Notes: generated by a model from the letters alone, not told the origin. 64,000 bases of DNA from Balanoglossus misakiensis (GCA_040954595.2 CM082597.2:1160886-1224885); one strand, 5' to 3'. Counted from the first letter of the stretch, positions 49,201 through 64,000 are shown. Translations and numbers: made by a program.

Positions 49201-52200
49201 TGTCAGAAAACACGGCAGTTTTGTTTACACCTCAAAATGTTAGGGCAACCTGTGGGAGACGATCCATGCATAATGACTAAATGACAACAATTCTGTGACT
49301 TTTAGAATGATTAATCTGAACACTCCCCCACACAAACATCCCTTTTCTTTCAAACGTGTGCCAAACACTCGAAGATTTATGATCTTATAAGATTGCGACG
49401 ATGGTTATCAAATTGCTTCACGGTATTAATGTCACAGCTTGCAATGTGACCAGTAAATCAATTCAGGGAAGGGGAAAATTGAAGAAAATTGCAGTTTACG
49501 CACCATCTGGTGAGGAAATTGCATTTTTTTCACACGTCGCCTTTTACCTCAACATCCTCCTAGCCATCATGTCTTCCTCAAATTGTGTTTTCGATTGCTC
49601 TCTCAATGTTTCATGGTGTTTTGTCTCACATGAGTTATTCTGATTAAATTATGGGAAACATAAACTCTTCATATTAACGATCTAGTATTAATACAAATGG
49701 TTCCAGTTTTCAAGTTAATTCTAATCAGTTTTCATATAGGCATGTTTTATTCAATGAATAGTATAGCAAACAAACCAGGTGTATGGAAACTTGGCTACAC
49801 TTTGATTCAGTTGTAATAACCCACAAAGATAGAGGAAACTGTGGTGAAAGGTTTAAACACATTACATGCAAATTTATTCGACAGTCTATCATATAAAGAC
49901 TAATATAACTCTATTCTTCTCAGGTTCATTTGCATATATACAAAGTCACATCTGCCAATATGTCAGCATTTTCCTTTCACAAGCCACTCACATTCATCAG
50001 AAATTCCGCCGGCAAACACTGGCCAGTCTGTCTCCGATTATCTCACCAAATGAACCTTTAAATGAGAATGCCAAATGTCATTGGAAATCAAAACACGAGG
50101 CTGATTGAAGATTTGATGGGACGTATTACATCCTGTATTGGGGGCTCTGGAGTTATTGAGCTGTTCTCTGCACTGCCTGGCAGTGATAGAACGGATATGA
50201 GTCTTTTTTAAGGTTGCAGAAATTACCCATTCGTAGACTTTATCTTCTTGTGTCAAAGTGACATTTGAGGTGAATTTTTCAAAACAGGTGAAAGTTGTAG
50301 CGAAGTTCTGAATACACAGCTGCATCGCATTTAAAATCAATTGCATTCCAATTCAATATTGTACTCTCAGCGATCAGAATTAAGCCTGGCATTAAGGGAA
50401 GCCGTCTAATCATTATTGCTATGCAACCAAGGTCCTCCCCTGACAAATAAATTGCAGATTCTTCATCATCAAACACTTCTTTCTTCCCTTCACATCTTCA
50501 AAGGTCATACAGACTGTAAAAAGTTTAAGATTGGAACATTTAATCTTCAATGTTGTCTGTCAGGCTGTTTGCCAATTACGAACAAAAATGCCTGAGCTTT
50601 TCAATCATGATGAAGACTGGAGCCATGAGGTTGCTAGGTGACGACAACTCACCAAACTCCTTTCAAGAAAAGAGCAAGAAAAGAGAAATGACAGATTTAC
50701 AGGTTCACACACCGTCATAGTAACCCTCCAAACTGACATACACACACTAACTATGTGAGAGATGAAATGCCATGAAAGGAAACATTTCTACCGGGATCAT
50801 CACTATCTTACATGTTGCATTTGAAAGACTGTCTTTTCAACTCTAAACACATACGCCAAACCAACGGATTTAGGCAGTTGGCAGTAATACAGGTAAATGT
50901 TATCCTGACAACAGTTGTGCTTGACAGAGTTCAAAGCAACCACTCTCTTCTTTTTTCCTGGAGAATTCTTTATCACAGCACTCGAAGGCACAGTCACTCT
51001 CAGTTTGATTAGACATGATAGCATCCCAGTGGTGCACACACATAGATTAGGCTGTCCTTACCATCCGAGATGGCTTGCAGGATACAGGTATGATGTATCA
51101 GTTTAATGTGATTACTTGAAAGACGAACATTTATCTTTCGGACATTTTAAGCAACGAACACAAGATGCCTTGCAATCAAACAATATATTTTCCCATACTC
51201 ACTTATCAAACTCCAAGTGTCACACAGTGACAGAATACTTTGCACAGCAATTTGCAAATATCCAAAAGGATAATGGTACACTGTGACTTCCAGCAACTAC
51301 AGCTTGTTCGTTTTACCCCAGCTGCATGTATCTAATATTCTTAACTATCTAATATTTGACATGGAATATTTGTTGTGTAAACTGATATTTATTGACAAGA
51401 AACTGTGCAGATGGCACATATAAACATCATTTGCAGTTTTAGCTGTTTTAAGTGTAGCGACATGCATTCCTGAATAGGGAGCAATGGCTTAAATGTTTCA
51501 CTACTTTTATTTTAATGTAAGTTAATGCTTGCAGAAACACATTAAGGCCACTCTAAGTTACACTCTGTTGAAACTGACCATTAACTTCACTTCAAAATCC
51601 GGTTATCAATATCTACATCTCAGAATGCACCTGGACATGCATTTCAAAAAATAATTGATCAACGTGTTGATGGCTACTTATGTATTGATTGTCATACACG
51701 GAAAGCTTCAAAAATGTATATAGCTTTTGGTTGATGAGGAAAAGTGGGTGAGGAGGATGATTTAGCCACTAGTATCCATGGAAACTATGGCGTATCTCAT
51801 CTCATTAATAATGCAACGAGTTTAAATTCTTCATAGTGCAGGTAATTAACATTTATCACTACAAAGGGGTTTTGACAAATGCTGATGCGACAGTAACCGG
51901 TATGTGGTAAAATGGAAGATGACAGCTGCCTGAAAAAGTTATCAAAATGGTATGTCGGGCCCAAGGCAGTACTCACAAAAATGATCTGACTCTTAGAAAT
52001 ATTTTTATTCTGATTAATCCTTTGTAATTAAATCCATCATATTTAATGCACACATTTCTGCATAAAATATTTGGAGATATTTGTGAAATCATTTCATTTA
52101 CCTACTTTCAATTATCACCATGGAAACCATAAAACCTGTTATCCACTACAAGCACACACAGACACAGGCATTTGATCAAAGTCTCAGATTCATTTCCTTT

Positions 52201-54485
52201 TACTTGACACTTCCTGATAAGACTGTCGCACAGAGACAAGGCGAGATCTCGAGAAGGCGTCAAGAAAATTTGATATCTGACACCTGGGAATTGCAAGCAA
52301 GCAAGCTTCGGAGGTGTCTCCAAGGCAGCGACTCTGCCACGACACATTCGCACGCAGATCCAGGAAAGTTGATCATCCGAAATGGAACAGACGACTGAAT
52401 GCAGAAAATGGGCAACCCATCAATCTACAACCAACGCCTGGCATGCAAACCAACCACTTTGTAATTAATATCACTTTGTATGCTTGCCAACATTGTCATC
52501 GTGTCAAAAGATACCATAGAACAGAATTTCAAATTGATAGGTGTTACACTACTCCTGTGTACAGTCAACCCCATCAGGCTTCACTTTTGATTTTTGAAAG
52601 GCTTTATATTTACAGTTCATGGTGTTCTTATTAACAAGAGAGATTAACTCGCCAATTTAATAATCTCTTTAGTTCTGTATCAGCTGTCTCATCCAGAGCC
52701 TGCAGTAATGTGTTATTTTGTACACTTAGCAGAAAAGGGATATCAGGATTAAAGTTTTCCATTGTACGGTATGTGTAGAAGTCACATACTTTAAGCAGAG
52801 ACGCTGTAGTTTGTAATGGGATAGACATGGAATATTTGAGCCACGGAAGAATGCATACATGCAAACACACATACACGTGCGTGCACCTGTGAATGTTGCA
52901 AAATGGCAAGAACTTCCAACCTAATGAAACACAAAGACTGATATCCAAACCGTCATTCCCAAAGACGTCATTGCTCGTTCGTTCACCACACAATGCATTA
53001 TCCACAAAGACCCACTGACAGGCTAACTCACTCAGTAAATCCGGGATACATTTTTTGCCTGCTGAGACGTCAACTAGAAAACCACTAATGGTAGTTTGAA
53101 TGTCTGCAGTGCCGTCTCAAAAACCATTCTGGGAACATTTGTTACCTGGAAAACCTCATCATCTGCCCATGATTGGTATTAATTACATGTCTATATCTCA
53201 GTAGATATTTCCTGGTTTGTGATAATTTTTTTTCAAATCTCGGGTGTAATCATATCAGAGAACAGTTAGTCCCAGTGAGTAGGATTTGACACAGACGAAA
53301 CGAGAGACCTTGTACCCATGCAGTGAGTACAATTTGGCACAGATGAAGCAGGAGAATTTAAATGTGGCTCGCTGAGTAGCTGACATCCCGCACAAATACT
53401 GCAACGCATACAAGTATTTGGTTCAAAATGCTGAATTGAATTCAGATTGTTAAAACTTCAAGCCTATTTCTAATTTGTAGTCAAACTGTCCAAACCAATG
53501 ACATTAACTTTGCATAGAGCATTCCTTCACATGATTTCTGAATCAAGTAAATGAGTCAACCTGATGAAAACCTCAGGGTATCAGTACAAGCTTCTTTTGA
53601 AGAATTGTTATAGAGATTTTTTCTGTAGAGGAAATAAGTAATCAAATCTGTATCTCTTTGATTTGTAACAACAGAAAGAGGTCCTTGCTGGATCAGCAAT
53701 TGCAGTCAAGGTTTGCGAGAGATCTCACTCAAGGTCCCTTCAATATTTAACATGGTGAATACAAATGAAACCGCCTTTATGAGAGTTCCGACTTGCTTCG
53801 ATTGATCTTTGAAAGGCGGAACATGTCACAGATGATGATCGCTTTATTCAGCTCTCCGTTTCTGGCCGTTCTGCACAATGCGGTGTTTTAAAAGGATCAG
53901 ATCAGTATTCAAAGCTGAATCTCTGAACCAAATCGCTGACTATGGTTGTCTCTCACGCAAGTACCAGCTGTTCCACTAGTGTCGTCACATCTAACATTGA
54001 AATAAAATAGTCCATAACTTTACAAATGCACATTCGCATAGTTTTCAGTACAGTAATAAAATATGGTTAAGATAGTTTAACGATGTACCATCTTCTTTTT
54101 ATGTTTATGTAAATTAATTCTTTGGCAGAAGTGGACAGCTGATTTTTGTCTGCTGCATTCTATCTTAGTTTGAATTGAGGTTCATGCACAGAATAAAAGG
54201 ACATGTGCGCAGTTAATAACATATATCAAAATGAGGTTTCAAACCTCACTGCTCACATCGGCTAATTTTTAAAAGTTCTGAACCACACTTTCCATGTTAA
54301 CAGAATTCCTTTCAGATACTAATCGCAAAATAAACTCTCCATTACTTTCAGGCCTCTGCCAGTGAATGTGTAGAAAAGCCAAATAAGTCTTCATATATAT
54401 TATTAAAGTGAAAAGGCCAGGATTCTAATGGAGAGATTCAAGTGGAGGAAGTCTGGGACAGTCTGGGCAGGATGGCTTCATTTCC

Positions 54486-54578
54486 TTCACTCTTTCACCC
54501 CCAGTTCCCCCTTTAGAGGTCCCACCTTACCATAGGAAACAACAGACTTGGACTAAACCATGTTGGTGAAAAAGTGAA
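54486..54578 (-). mobile_element. About 93-bp MITE-like element, copy 1
   Basis: Terminal inverted repeats TTCACTCTTTCACC / GGTGAAAAAGTGAA (13/14). Its reverse complement aligns by eye with 57749-57841 and 63678-63768 (shared catggtt...ccaa...gacctctaaag). Confidence 0.6.
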
Positions 54579-57500
54579 CGTCTGCCCCGACCATCAAGCA
54601 AGTAAAACTAATTCAACACACATCAATCCAGTTATACACAACCGACCTGTATCCAAATCCCAAGCCACTACTAATGGATAGTGTTGAATTGCTGATGTGG
54701 CGTTTCTCACTCGCACCTTTAAAATTTAACAGTCACATGCTCAAGTCATGCGAGACTTTAGCCACTGTGTTGAATTGTTAAAATATCAGCATTTCTGCAG
54801 ATAAAAAGCAACTGAATTTTTAAACATTAATAAACAAGACTGTGGATAAACCCATTAACATTAACAAATGCGCTGCATTGTCCGACCTTACTTGCACTTA
54901 CATTTGTGTTGGCTTTAGAACTTTTAACCACAATGAATTCACTTTGTTTAGACAACAAATGATTGCTGCCCGCCCGCCCGCCCACTGTCAGTCAGAAGCA
55001 CATTATGATTCAAAGCAAACTGTATATTCAATCATCAAGATTAAATGTCTTAGAAACTTAAACAGAACGTTCTGGGACGCTCCTTACACCCAGAAGAAAG
55101 CCTGTTCTTTACAGAAATTTAACAAAAGTAACACCAAGCTTTTGATCTGTAAAGTCCTACCTTTTTTACTAAGCGCGAGTCACCTGTTCTGATGGTTACA
55201 TTCTGTTACACCTAAAAGTCTTCACTAGATGGGTCCAAATTCCCTCACAGAAACCCCCTCTCCAGTTTCTGTCCGAACGGAAAACCACACAGCCTCAGGA
55301 CGGCAGGATTGCAGAGAAAAAAACTGAAGTAAGCAAAACGACTGCTCATCTTCTGACGTCTGAGAGACACTAGGCTGAAGCTGTGTTCCCATGGTCCCCG
55401 GCAGTGTCTCCACCAAGTCTGGCATGTCAATACACGGGAGTAATTCAACCATACTAATGATATCAATCCAAGGCATTACAATGCAGACCCTGCTACTTTA
55501 ACTAATGATAAATCTACCCAATTTGACCAGAATAAATAATAAATTACCCAGCAAATTATAAAAATTACATTAGCTCCTCCCGGATAAAGCTGCCACTTTT
55601 TGCATGGTTTTGCTGTAATTTTGAAGGTTTTATCAAACTTAGTCTTCAAAGCAGAAAATATTAAATTCATCTTGCTGATCACTCAGCACAGCTATGCATT
55701 TCTTAGTGTTAACCACTTGCCTGGGTGGAATCAACGCAGGTCTACTTATGGGTAATCTGACTAGCTACTTGCAGTCACCCCTTTTTTACTCCCATCAAAA
55801 CATTAGGTTTTACCTGCTGATCTGCCAATTATATTCTCCTCACAGATCAGACTGGTTACCCGTATAAAACACACAATGCGGTTCACTCTACACACATTAT
55901 ATTCATTTAAATCCTTCCATCTCATTACTTCCCATTTTAAACCAACCACTGGCTGAGCTAGTTCGCTTCTGCGTACCAGTATTATAAAGGGACAAAGTCG
56001 CTAAGTTTTGACATTATTTTTAGTTATTTTATTTTGATAAGTATTACTCAATATGCACCATGATTTCCTCATTGTGAAATGCCTTGAACCTAACACCATA
56101 AAGAACCTTTTTTTAAATCTGTTTAGCCTGTAGGTCCATACCATTGGGAGATCTAGGATTTTAAAATGGCAATTGTATATTATTATGACAGAGTACAGCC
56201 TGGATGAACAATAAATCTTAATTTGTGAAATTCATTAGTAATGATTCTTTGCATAATTAATAGAGAAGACAACTAAAAGATCACTTATCATATTAAGATC
56301 ACATTTAAGTTGAAACACGCTTTTCCAGTGTCTGGGTGCACATATGTGTATGGTAGACCATATCTGTTTGATGGCTTGGATGAAACGATTGGGATCGCTT
56401 TTACACATGAAATGAAAGACACATTATGGGTCAAGTTCTGTGATGAATAATTCATTGCCGGAATCTCAGAGCTACCTGAGATCTGTGAAATCCTTCCCCT
56501 GAAAGCCAAAAACTTGCCGCAGTTTAGCGACTGTGTAATAATATGAAGGTTAACGAAATCCAAAGATCGCAAAATGTGTGTTGGCTTTCAATAGAAAGAA
56601 ATTTGCAATTTCCCTTTCAATGGTAGACTTTCTACTTGGTAGCAGGGATGAAATTCAGTATACGTTGAGAGCCTATCATTGGAATTCAATTTCAAGCGCT
56701 AATTTCAACTGGATTTCAAGTCATCATGTTACAGTGGCACTCAGAACACACCGAGGATGAGACAGTGTCAACGACAGGCAAATATACTCCATGTCATTAA
56801 TACACAAATAACACATACATAAAATATTAATTGACTGATTTCACCTGCAGGCAAGCATTTATTTCAGTGGAGCCAACCCAAGTCGTTAGCGGCAGCTAGG
56901 AAATCCATAGTATTGGATTACTGAGTTCGATTAATATTTATTCTGTAATTTGGAAACCTAGAGGGTATGACATTCACTGATACAGGTGTTGGGATTTTTA
57001 AGACTGGGGCATTCGAAGAACTGAATATGGAATGGTGTCAAGATAATCGGATCAAATCACTATAAGTAAATCAGGTTATGGGAAATCTAGTATTAATTAA
57101 TATAATGATCTATGCCATGTAAATCAATGTATCAAATGGATAAATCAAATTTAACTTTCAACATATTTCTTCAACCATTCATTAGAATAAACTAATTAGA
57201 ATCTGCAACTGGGTGTTGTTAGAAAACAAAAAAATCGCGCAAATTAATTGCAAAGATTCCACATTTTGCTGGGCAGTATCACACCATAAAACTGCACTAA
57301 GCCGATGACATATTTGAATTTACAGATTTTATTTCGTAAGGGATGTCAAATCGAAATAGGAACATATGCACCCTAATGGAAATAATTCCAACTGTAAAAG
57401 ACCAGTCTAAGAGCATTTGATCAAGTGGTTATTTCCATGTTAAAAATAATGAACAGATAAATTGAAGCAGACACAGCAATCACAGAACTAATACAATGGA

Positions 57501-57748
57501 TGTAACAGATACATGGTTTAGACACGACCTTACAATGTGATTTCATCACTCAGTATTAGTTCAACTTTACTGGTTTGGTTTCTAATTTCTTGGCTGTCTC
57601 TCCGTAGGCCAAGATCTTAAATATTAATGAGTAGTTTTTCGATTGCGTGGTTTAATGTTTTTGGTGTATTCACTGAACGTTCATGGCTTCCCACACAAAA
57701 ATCCAGAAGACGTTGTATTGAAAACAGCGAGTGAATTTTGACTTATTT

Positions 57749-57841
57749 TTATCCCTTTTATCACCATGGTTTGGACCAAATCCATTGTTTGCTGTTGTAA
57801 AGTTTGACCTCTAAAGCGGGAAACAGAGGTTAAAGTGTTAA
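57749..57841 (+). mobile_element. About 93-bp MITE-like element, copy 2
   Basis: ttatcccttttatcaccatggtttggaccaaatccattg...gacctctaaagcgggaaacagaggttaaagtgttaa. Confidence 0.55.
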
Positions 57842-60800
57842 TCTAAACGACCGGCGGACTTCAAATGATGAAACAAGACCCCAGAGAAAAAAGATGACAG
57901 CAAGTCACAAACATTTGACAACCTCTCCAATATCCTTAGTGATACAAATTGCATGATGCATAAAATATTTACAGCCTAATATTTTTCTTTGGTCTGTATC
58001 ATTCTCAACACATTTTAACCTTTGGTGTATGCCTGTCCAAACGATATGTCTGGTTTGTGATTTATTGTGAAACTATAGAGATGACTGTATGCTCAACCCA
58101 AGATAAACTTCATCTGTTCTTCATTTGTCATTTTCATGTACCACTAATAACAATGTATCTGGGTATCAACTAGGAATGAATCAGAGGGGTTTAGACACTG
58201 ATTTATTGTTTAAGGCACAGACTTGCCTGCGCTGAACAGGACATGTGTGCGAATCCTGGAACACCGTGATACGAAATCTCAACTTTCATAAGCTTCAGTT
58301 CATCCACACGTCCAATTTTGTCTGTATCATTTGTCAAAAATAACAGTTCCAGGATTACTTTCAAGGTTTGATAGTACAGACACAAATAGTGCGTCAAAGT
58401 GAAAACTTGTACGAGTAGCAAAAAACTGACAGCGTTGTACCATCTGGATGGTGCTATCTTGAGGATCCTCATTTCACTTGAATCCCTCTAATAAGGCAAG
58501 ATGCACTCCCATGAACAATGTCTCAGGTGTCACTCCTATCACCTTGTGTCAAATTGCTTACTGACCCAGATGAATCCTATAAAACCTGCATCTTATCTGA
58601 GTGTGGCGACCATGTGACTGTTAATTAGCTCTTCTGAAAAGCCAGTAATGAAGGGATTGGGTTTCACTGCTATCACTTCCTGGACATTTTGACAGTGACT
58701 TTTACTGTTCGCCATCATTTGCGTGATGGATCCTTCTCTAACCTCACCAAAGGCGAAATACCTTGACAATGATTTACCTGTCATGGATATGCGACTCTTA
58801 TATAGGCAATCTGCTGACTTAGGGGTCTTCACTCGAGTCTTTGCTTCATTGATGCCCACTAGCTCAGGCAACTTTGCATTCCCTGACTGTCAATTAAGAA
58901 TTCAGCTTATTGCTTTTTATTCAGAGATGCCTTACAAAGCAACTGGAGCACCTTAATTTTGCTAGCAAACAGGTCTTCCTGTTACTACAGAACACAAATA
59001 TTCTGAATTTACCTTTGGTAATTTGATCTGGGCAGCTGGGGTCAAGTGATGTCGTCTCAAGAGACATTTACATTACAAGCTCAGAACATACAATCTCGCA
59101 CGGCTGATAGTATGAAATGTTGATATTCAACTTGGGTGCTTAAAATTCTACCTGAAATTTTGCGCAATTATTTAACATGATTAAATTGCATTGCTGAGAA
59201 CTCTAAATATAAATTTGATGATCAAATTTTTGAATTTCCTTTTGAAATGTCTATCCCATACTTAACATTCATCTGTGATAGAATGGAAAAGTCTGTTTCT
59301 GACAAGGAACATGTTATCTGGGTTTGATTTGTTTGTACTATCTAAACATCATATCGAGAATACTGATGTTAAAATCAATTTTCGAAAATGCAAACCTGCA
59401 GTAAAGAAAAAAATTATCATTTAATATTTTTGATAGTCAGCAACATCTGGAATTTATCAGAAAGGTTAAATAGGTATTTCCAAAATCAGGTAATGTTGTT
59501 TCTCTCCGCAAAGATGCTGACTCAACATATCTAATTGAGCACCTGCAGATGTTATGTCAGAAATGTCAAAGGATTGATCTTAAGCAGACATGGAATACAA
59601 AGCATGAAGTGTACTGGTTGAACGATTAACATCAAATGCAGGCGTATTTCCTTTGTAACTCAGTTAAACTTTAATATCAAAATATGATATCAGATAATTT
59701 CTGGGTAAATCTGACAAGAAGTCATTGTCCGTAACTATCTGTAAACAATTCTGTTGAAAATGCAGAGATCACATCTCTCTGTGAAATTAGACTGCAGCCT
59801 GAATATTTAATTTGATGTGACATCCAATAAGACTCTGACTATAACAGTTGTTCTCTGCCGTGAAAATAAACGCTGTGATGTAAACACTTCCTCATAACAT
59901 GTGCGATAGGTGTCAAGAACCACATGCAATTTATAAAAGTGGACACAAAACCACTGACTGCGAATCCTGATTTCTTTAGAAAGTCACGTATTACAGTGAT
60001 CCATCAAACTCCCACACCTATTTAAATACCGCATATACCGCTCTCAAAAATATAACTGAGGTTTGAACCACGTACTGAGCAACAGCAAAATAAAACTGCC
60101 ACCTAGTTTCAAATTATTTTCAACTCAAACTGACATGGAAGTTTGTGAATTAAATATGTGCTCAGCAGCACACAGAGAAGAAACCAATGCTCCATTTACA
60201 GGTAGCATATCTGCAGCAGAAGACATGTATTTGCATTCCCCTGGGACATACCGGTACTCGCTGTTTTTTTAACTTGATGTGTTTCTCTACAAGTAATGAT
60301 AACGGTTAGATTGATGGGGAGTTGTGACTGTTAGGTGCTGAGTGTGCTTAGCAATAAAACACAGATAGTACAAGACCCTGGAAATGGAGCCTGTATTGAT
60401 CTTCATCTTGCCTTTATCAGATGTTCCATCGGCAACATCTGACGTCACACAGAGAGGGAGAACACATTAACGATTCTTTTGCCTAATGAAAATAAAACTA
60501 CACGGACAGATACGGAATCACGATCAGGAGTCAAATGTTGCCACAACAACAAGTAGTGCAACTTCCCCAACTGTTTTAATTCAATTTGGATTTAAAGAGT
60601 GATAGATGGTTAAACTGGTTCCTGGTGGACAGACATTAAAGGTTGTCTACTCTCTGGGGTGACAAGTTGTGGGGAAAACACAGACTCAACAGGGACGCAT
60701 TAAACTTCACTTTCCACATAGTTGCATTATACATCAGACCTATATTCTGCACTCAGGCTAAGAATAGCCAAAGCCCTGATCTAACATGCTGCTCACACCT

Positions 60801-63677
60801 GACTGCTTGTGGTCAAAAGATGAATACATCAGTCAGCAAATGGACATAGAAGAAGGTTGATGCAATTCGCTGTTTTTTTTTCACTTATTGTACCAATTAA
60901 AGTTAACAGATTTACAGAAATCCACTTTGGACTCCTCCAAGTTACATGGAGCTTCTGAAACTAGTTGGATCTTTCTCTCTCTTTCTTTTCTGCAAATTGC
61001 ACTTTCGCAGGACTCTGTTCATTTACACAATCATGCTACTGCTAAAAAACCTGCTGAATCAGGGATTAGACAACACGTTGCCCGAGACATTCCATTTGGA
61101 CAAGAGCTGAAAGTGTTGCGGGGAAAAACAAGACAGGTGTTAATGGAGCTTTGGCAAACACAGATCAAATATAAGCAGGGCATCTTGACATGGCTTGAAT
61201 CAAATCCCAAGGAAATTTGACTGAACAGGAGAAGATTAGGAGAGAACTCGCCAGTCGATCCATCAGCGTTAAAGAGACATGGAAGCGGTAATGAAGTGTG
61301 AGCCTAACTATTAAGCCACAACAAACACGCCTCCTAATTCCAAACTATTCCTTTCTGCTTGTTTTGTATGTGGGTCTTGTGTCCACTGCAGACCCATTAT
61401 GTGTCAATTAGAACCAAATCATGGCCTTAAAGCCACCTTGCCTATTACAGAGAAGACTTCATCCACATTTATTTCCTGTCAGTGAAACATTAAACAAACA
61501 ACAATTGGGCCCTGAAGTCACAGTAAAATGTATGTAACACAGGTGGAACAGATCGAGGGAGGCAAATGCACCACTTTCTAGTGTAGTCTACTACAGCAGT
61601 AAGTGCCTAATTCCAGGGTACCCTTAAATACAACACAGCTGGTGATGAGGCAAACAAATGTATGTGCAAGTTATACATATATTATTACTCATTCCTGGAA
61701 AACTGAAAACATGATCGGCTAATTCTCCACACGCACGCAAACAATTCAAAACTCTATCCCTGTGGAGAATTATCCTTATCAATGCAACTTCCATGGTCAT
61801 ATTTCACTGTATCACCCCAAACATGGCAACTGCTTATGTGTTGCCAGGCAACCAGAGCCATCCAGGACTCTAGAATATCATCCTCAGAACCCTATCTCAC
61901 CTGGACGGATACATCATAGGGCTTATTAGACGCAGCTCTGTCACTCAATCTTCAGCATCTTACTCAAATAACAAAATCCAAGAAAGGCCTTCAATTTCAG
62001 AAGATTTTATCTCGACAACATTAAGGCTGCCATTCGTACTTGCTAATAGTACGATGCAATCTGCTGCTTTCTAAGTCTCCTCAGAAGATGCTGTATAAGA
62101 AGAGCAAGTAGCATTTCACAGTATGGACAATTTAGTGTGTTTTCCAGTACTGTGTCTAAAAAAATTCATAGGCAGGGTAGAAAAATCTGTTTCAATACAA
62201 AAATTAGCATACATGAATTTCTAAGTTATCTGTTGATGGGAAACTTCTGAAGACAAATAAAAGGAAACAGCTAAAGCCGAATTCAGGATCCAAGTTTGTG
62301 CGAGTGTTGTGTATCACTGATATAAGGCTGTCATTCTGTATTGCGAAGGCCAAATCTCGTGCAGTATCAGATCAACCGCTTGGGGACCAGGTGTTCAGGG
62401 CTAGGTCAGCTAAACACTCACTGTCATCCAAGCTCTATTCAAACACACACTTCAGTCGAGTGAACTTATCCACAAAGGTTATTTACATAGGAATGGAACC
62501 TCTCAACCCCAATGCATTCATTACCGTACTCTAATCCTGCCGATTTCTGCTTACGGGACATTCCATTTATATGGAAATAGGGAGGTAAGGCTTACAAATT
62601 GATTTGTGTTCAAGATCGGTTCACATTCGTTCTACATTATACTTCCTTTTCAGAAATGAACGGAATCTGTGATTTACAAAAAGAGAAATGAAAATAAATT
62701 CTTTATCGTCTTTTATAAAATTCTACTGTGAAAACACATTACCATGACAATTTTCTAGATACCACTACACTAAATTGTATGTAAGCTAACATCTGAATGA
62801 ATTATATAGACCTACTGTAATTACCTGCAATACAGATTTGCTGTTTTCAGCCTAAAATTTTGCCGTCTCTTATCCCTTAAGTCCTGTTGAGGAGGAACAA
62901 GCTATCTGTGAATATCCACAGATCCCAAATGACGTCATTATTTCTGATAAATGTTGAAAATGAGTCTGAAAAATTCAGATAAATGGAGCACACTGAAAGT
63001 TGAATCGTGATACATGGTGCAAAAGCTGAGCCTGTCTCTATGAGCATCAACGGTGGAGATGAGATTCAGAGACTCGGGTCATATGTGCCATTTGTCACAC
63101 ATACCATTTGCCAAAATGATTTGCATGAATTCCAAACTTGCAAAAGTGGTGTTGTGTGTTAAGATGTGGAGAGAAACTCGCTCTCAACAGCAGCTGCACT
63201 GAAACCGAGTTTCCTCTGCACTTTAAAACGCAATTTCAAAAACGACTCTCCGAAACACTGCGGCAAATGTCCTTTCCTCCCAAGAGACACGAGTATTCCA
63301 CGAACACAAAAACTCACGATCAAATTAAATTTACCATTCATGTGCCTGAGTGAAGCCCTTAGAAATCTAGTACCAGCTTGTCTGGGTGGATATCGCAAAT
63401 AATAAGAACTTCTTCAGCAGGACAACATTCATAAAGCCTATACCCCCTCTGGTGGTTTCTCTACGGTTGACTGCAAGCAAGCAACTTCTCATCTTCTTAA
63501 GATGCAAGATTCCACAAGTTGCCCTACAGTCATAATCTACTGGAGGATGGTTCCAGCTTTTGCTTTGAGACAAGAATATTAACAATGTTCGCTCACCAAC
63601 TACACTTCAAGATAATCTGAAAGAATTTCTGAATTAATTATGAGATTTTACTTTGTGGCTATTTTTCCCTTCATGCA

Positions 63678-63768
63678 TTAAGCCTTTCACCACCATGGTT
63701 CACTCCAACCCCATTCTTTTCTATGGAAAGCTGGACCTCTAAAGATGGAACTCGGGTTCACAGCTTAC
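63678..63768 (+). mobile_element. About 91-bp MITE-like element, copy 3
   Basis: ttaagcctttcaccaccatggttcactccaaccccattc...ggacctctaaagatggaactcgggttcacagctta. Confidence 0.55.
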
Positions 63769-64000
63769 TGATTGGTTTTTGTGTTCTTCATACTCAACAA
63801 ACTTCTGGAGAGTATCAGTGCCCTCTATTGGCTAGTTGAGGAAACGTCAAAAAAAATATTCATTGACAGAAAATTATTCAATGCTGATTGGTCGTTTTGA
63901 GATATTGCAATCCAAAACTGAAAAAAGCTTTTGTTGATTGGTTTTCTGAGTGTCATGACCAAAAACTGTCAATAAAAAATCTGCACCTGATTGAAGGCGG

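Noticed and set aside
42905-63585. Many 60-150 aa ORFs in the upstream region
   Set aside because: No recognisable domains or transposase/RT motifs; lengths are compatible with chance

Overview
Eukaryotic (animal) genomic DNA; the gene content and intron style suggest a non-vertebrate deuterostome such as a hemichordate, but that is inference. The window has three parts. (1) The 3' part of a + strand nephrin-like Ig-superfamily receptor gene: 9 coding exons at 6576-12252 encoding 3 Ig domains, FN3, TM and a Tyr/PDZ-motif tail. Its upstream exons were not found in the window. (2) A sharply bounded, highly homogeneous 88-bp tandem satellite of about 202 copies (15083-32854), which produces all the repetitive 77-aa ORFs. 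(3) A - strand CDON/BOC/ihog-family Hedgehog co-receptor gene: 15 coding exons at 42828-35968 encoding 5 Ig, 2 FN3, TM and a cytoplasmic tail, plus about 21 kb of upstream, probably intronic sequence. Exon models were built by hand from GT/AG sites and reading-frame continuity. The two genes are convergent, with the satellite between their 3' ends. Notable points are the satellite's position, edges and internal structure, an in-frame duplicated splice donor inside the CDON FN3 that corresponds to the vertebrate Hedgehog-binding repeat, the 5 Ig + 2 FN3 architecture, and the nephrin-CDON linkage. I see no convincing evidence of a wholly new biological system, and no RNA genes, CRISPR arrays or autonomous transposons.
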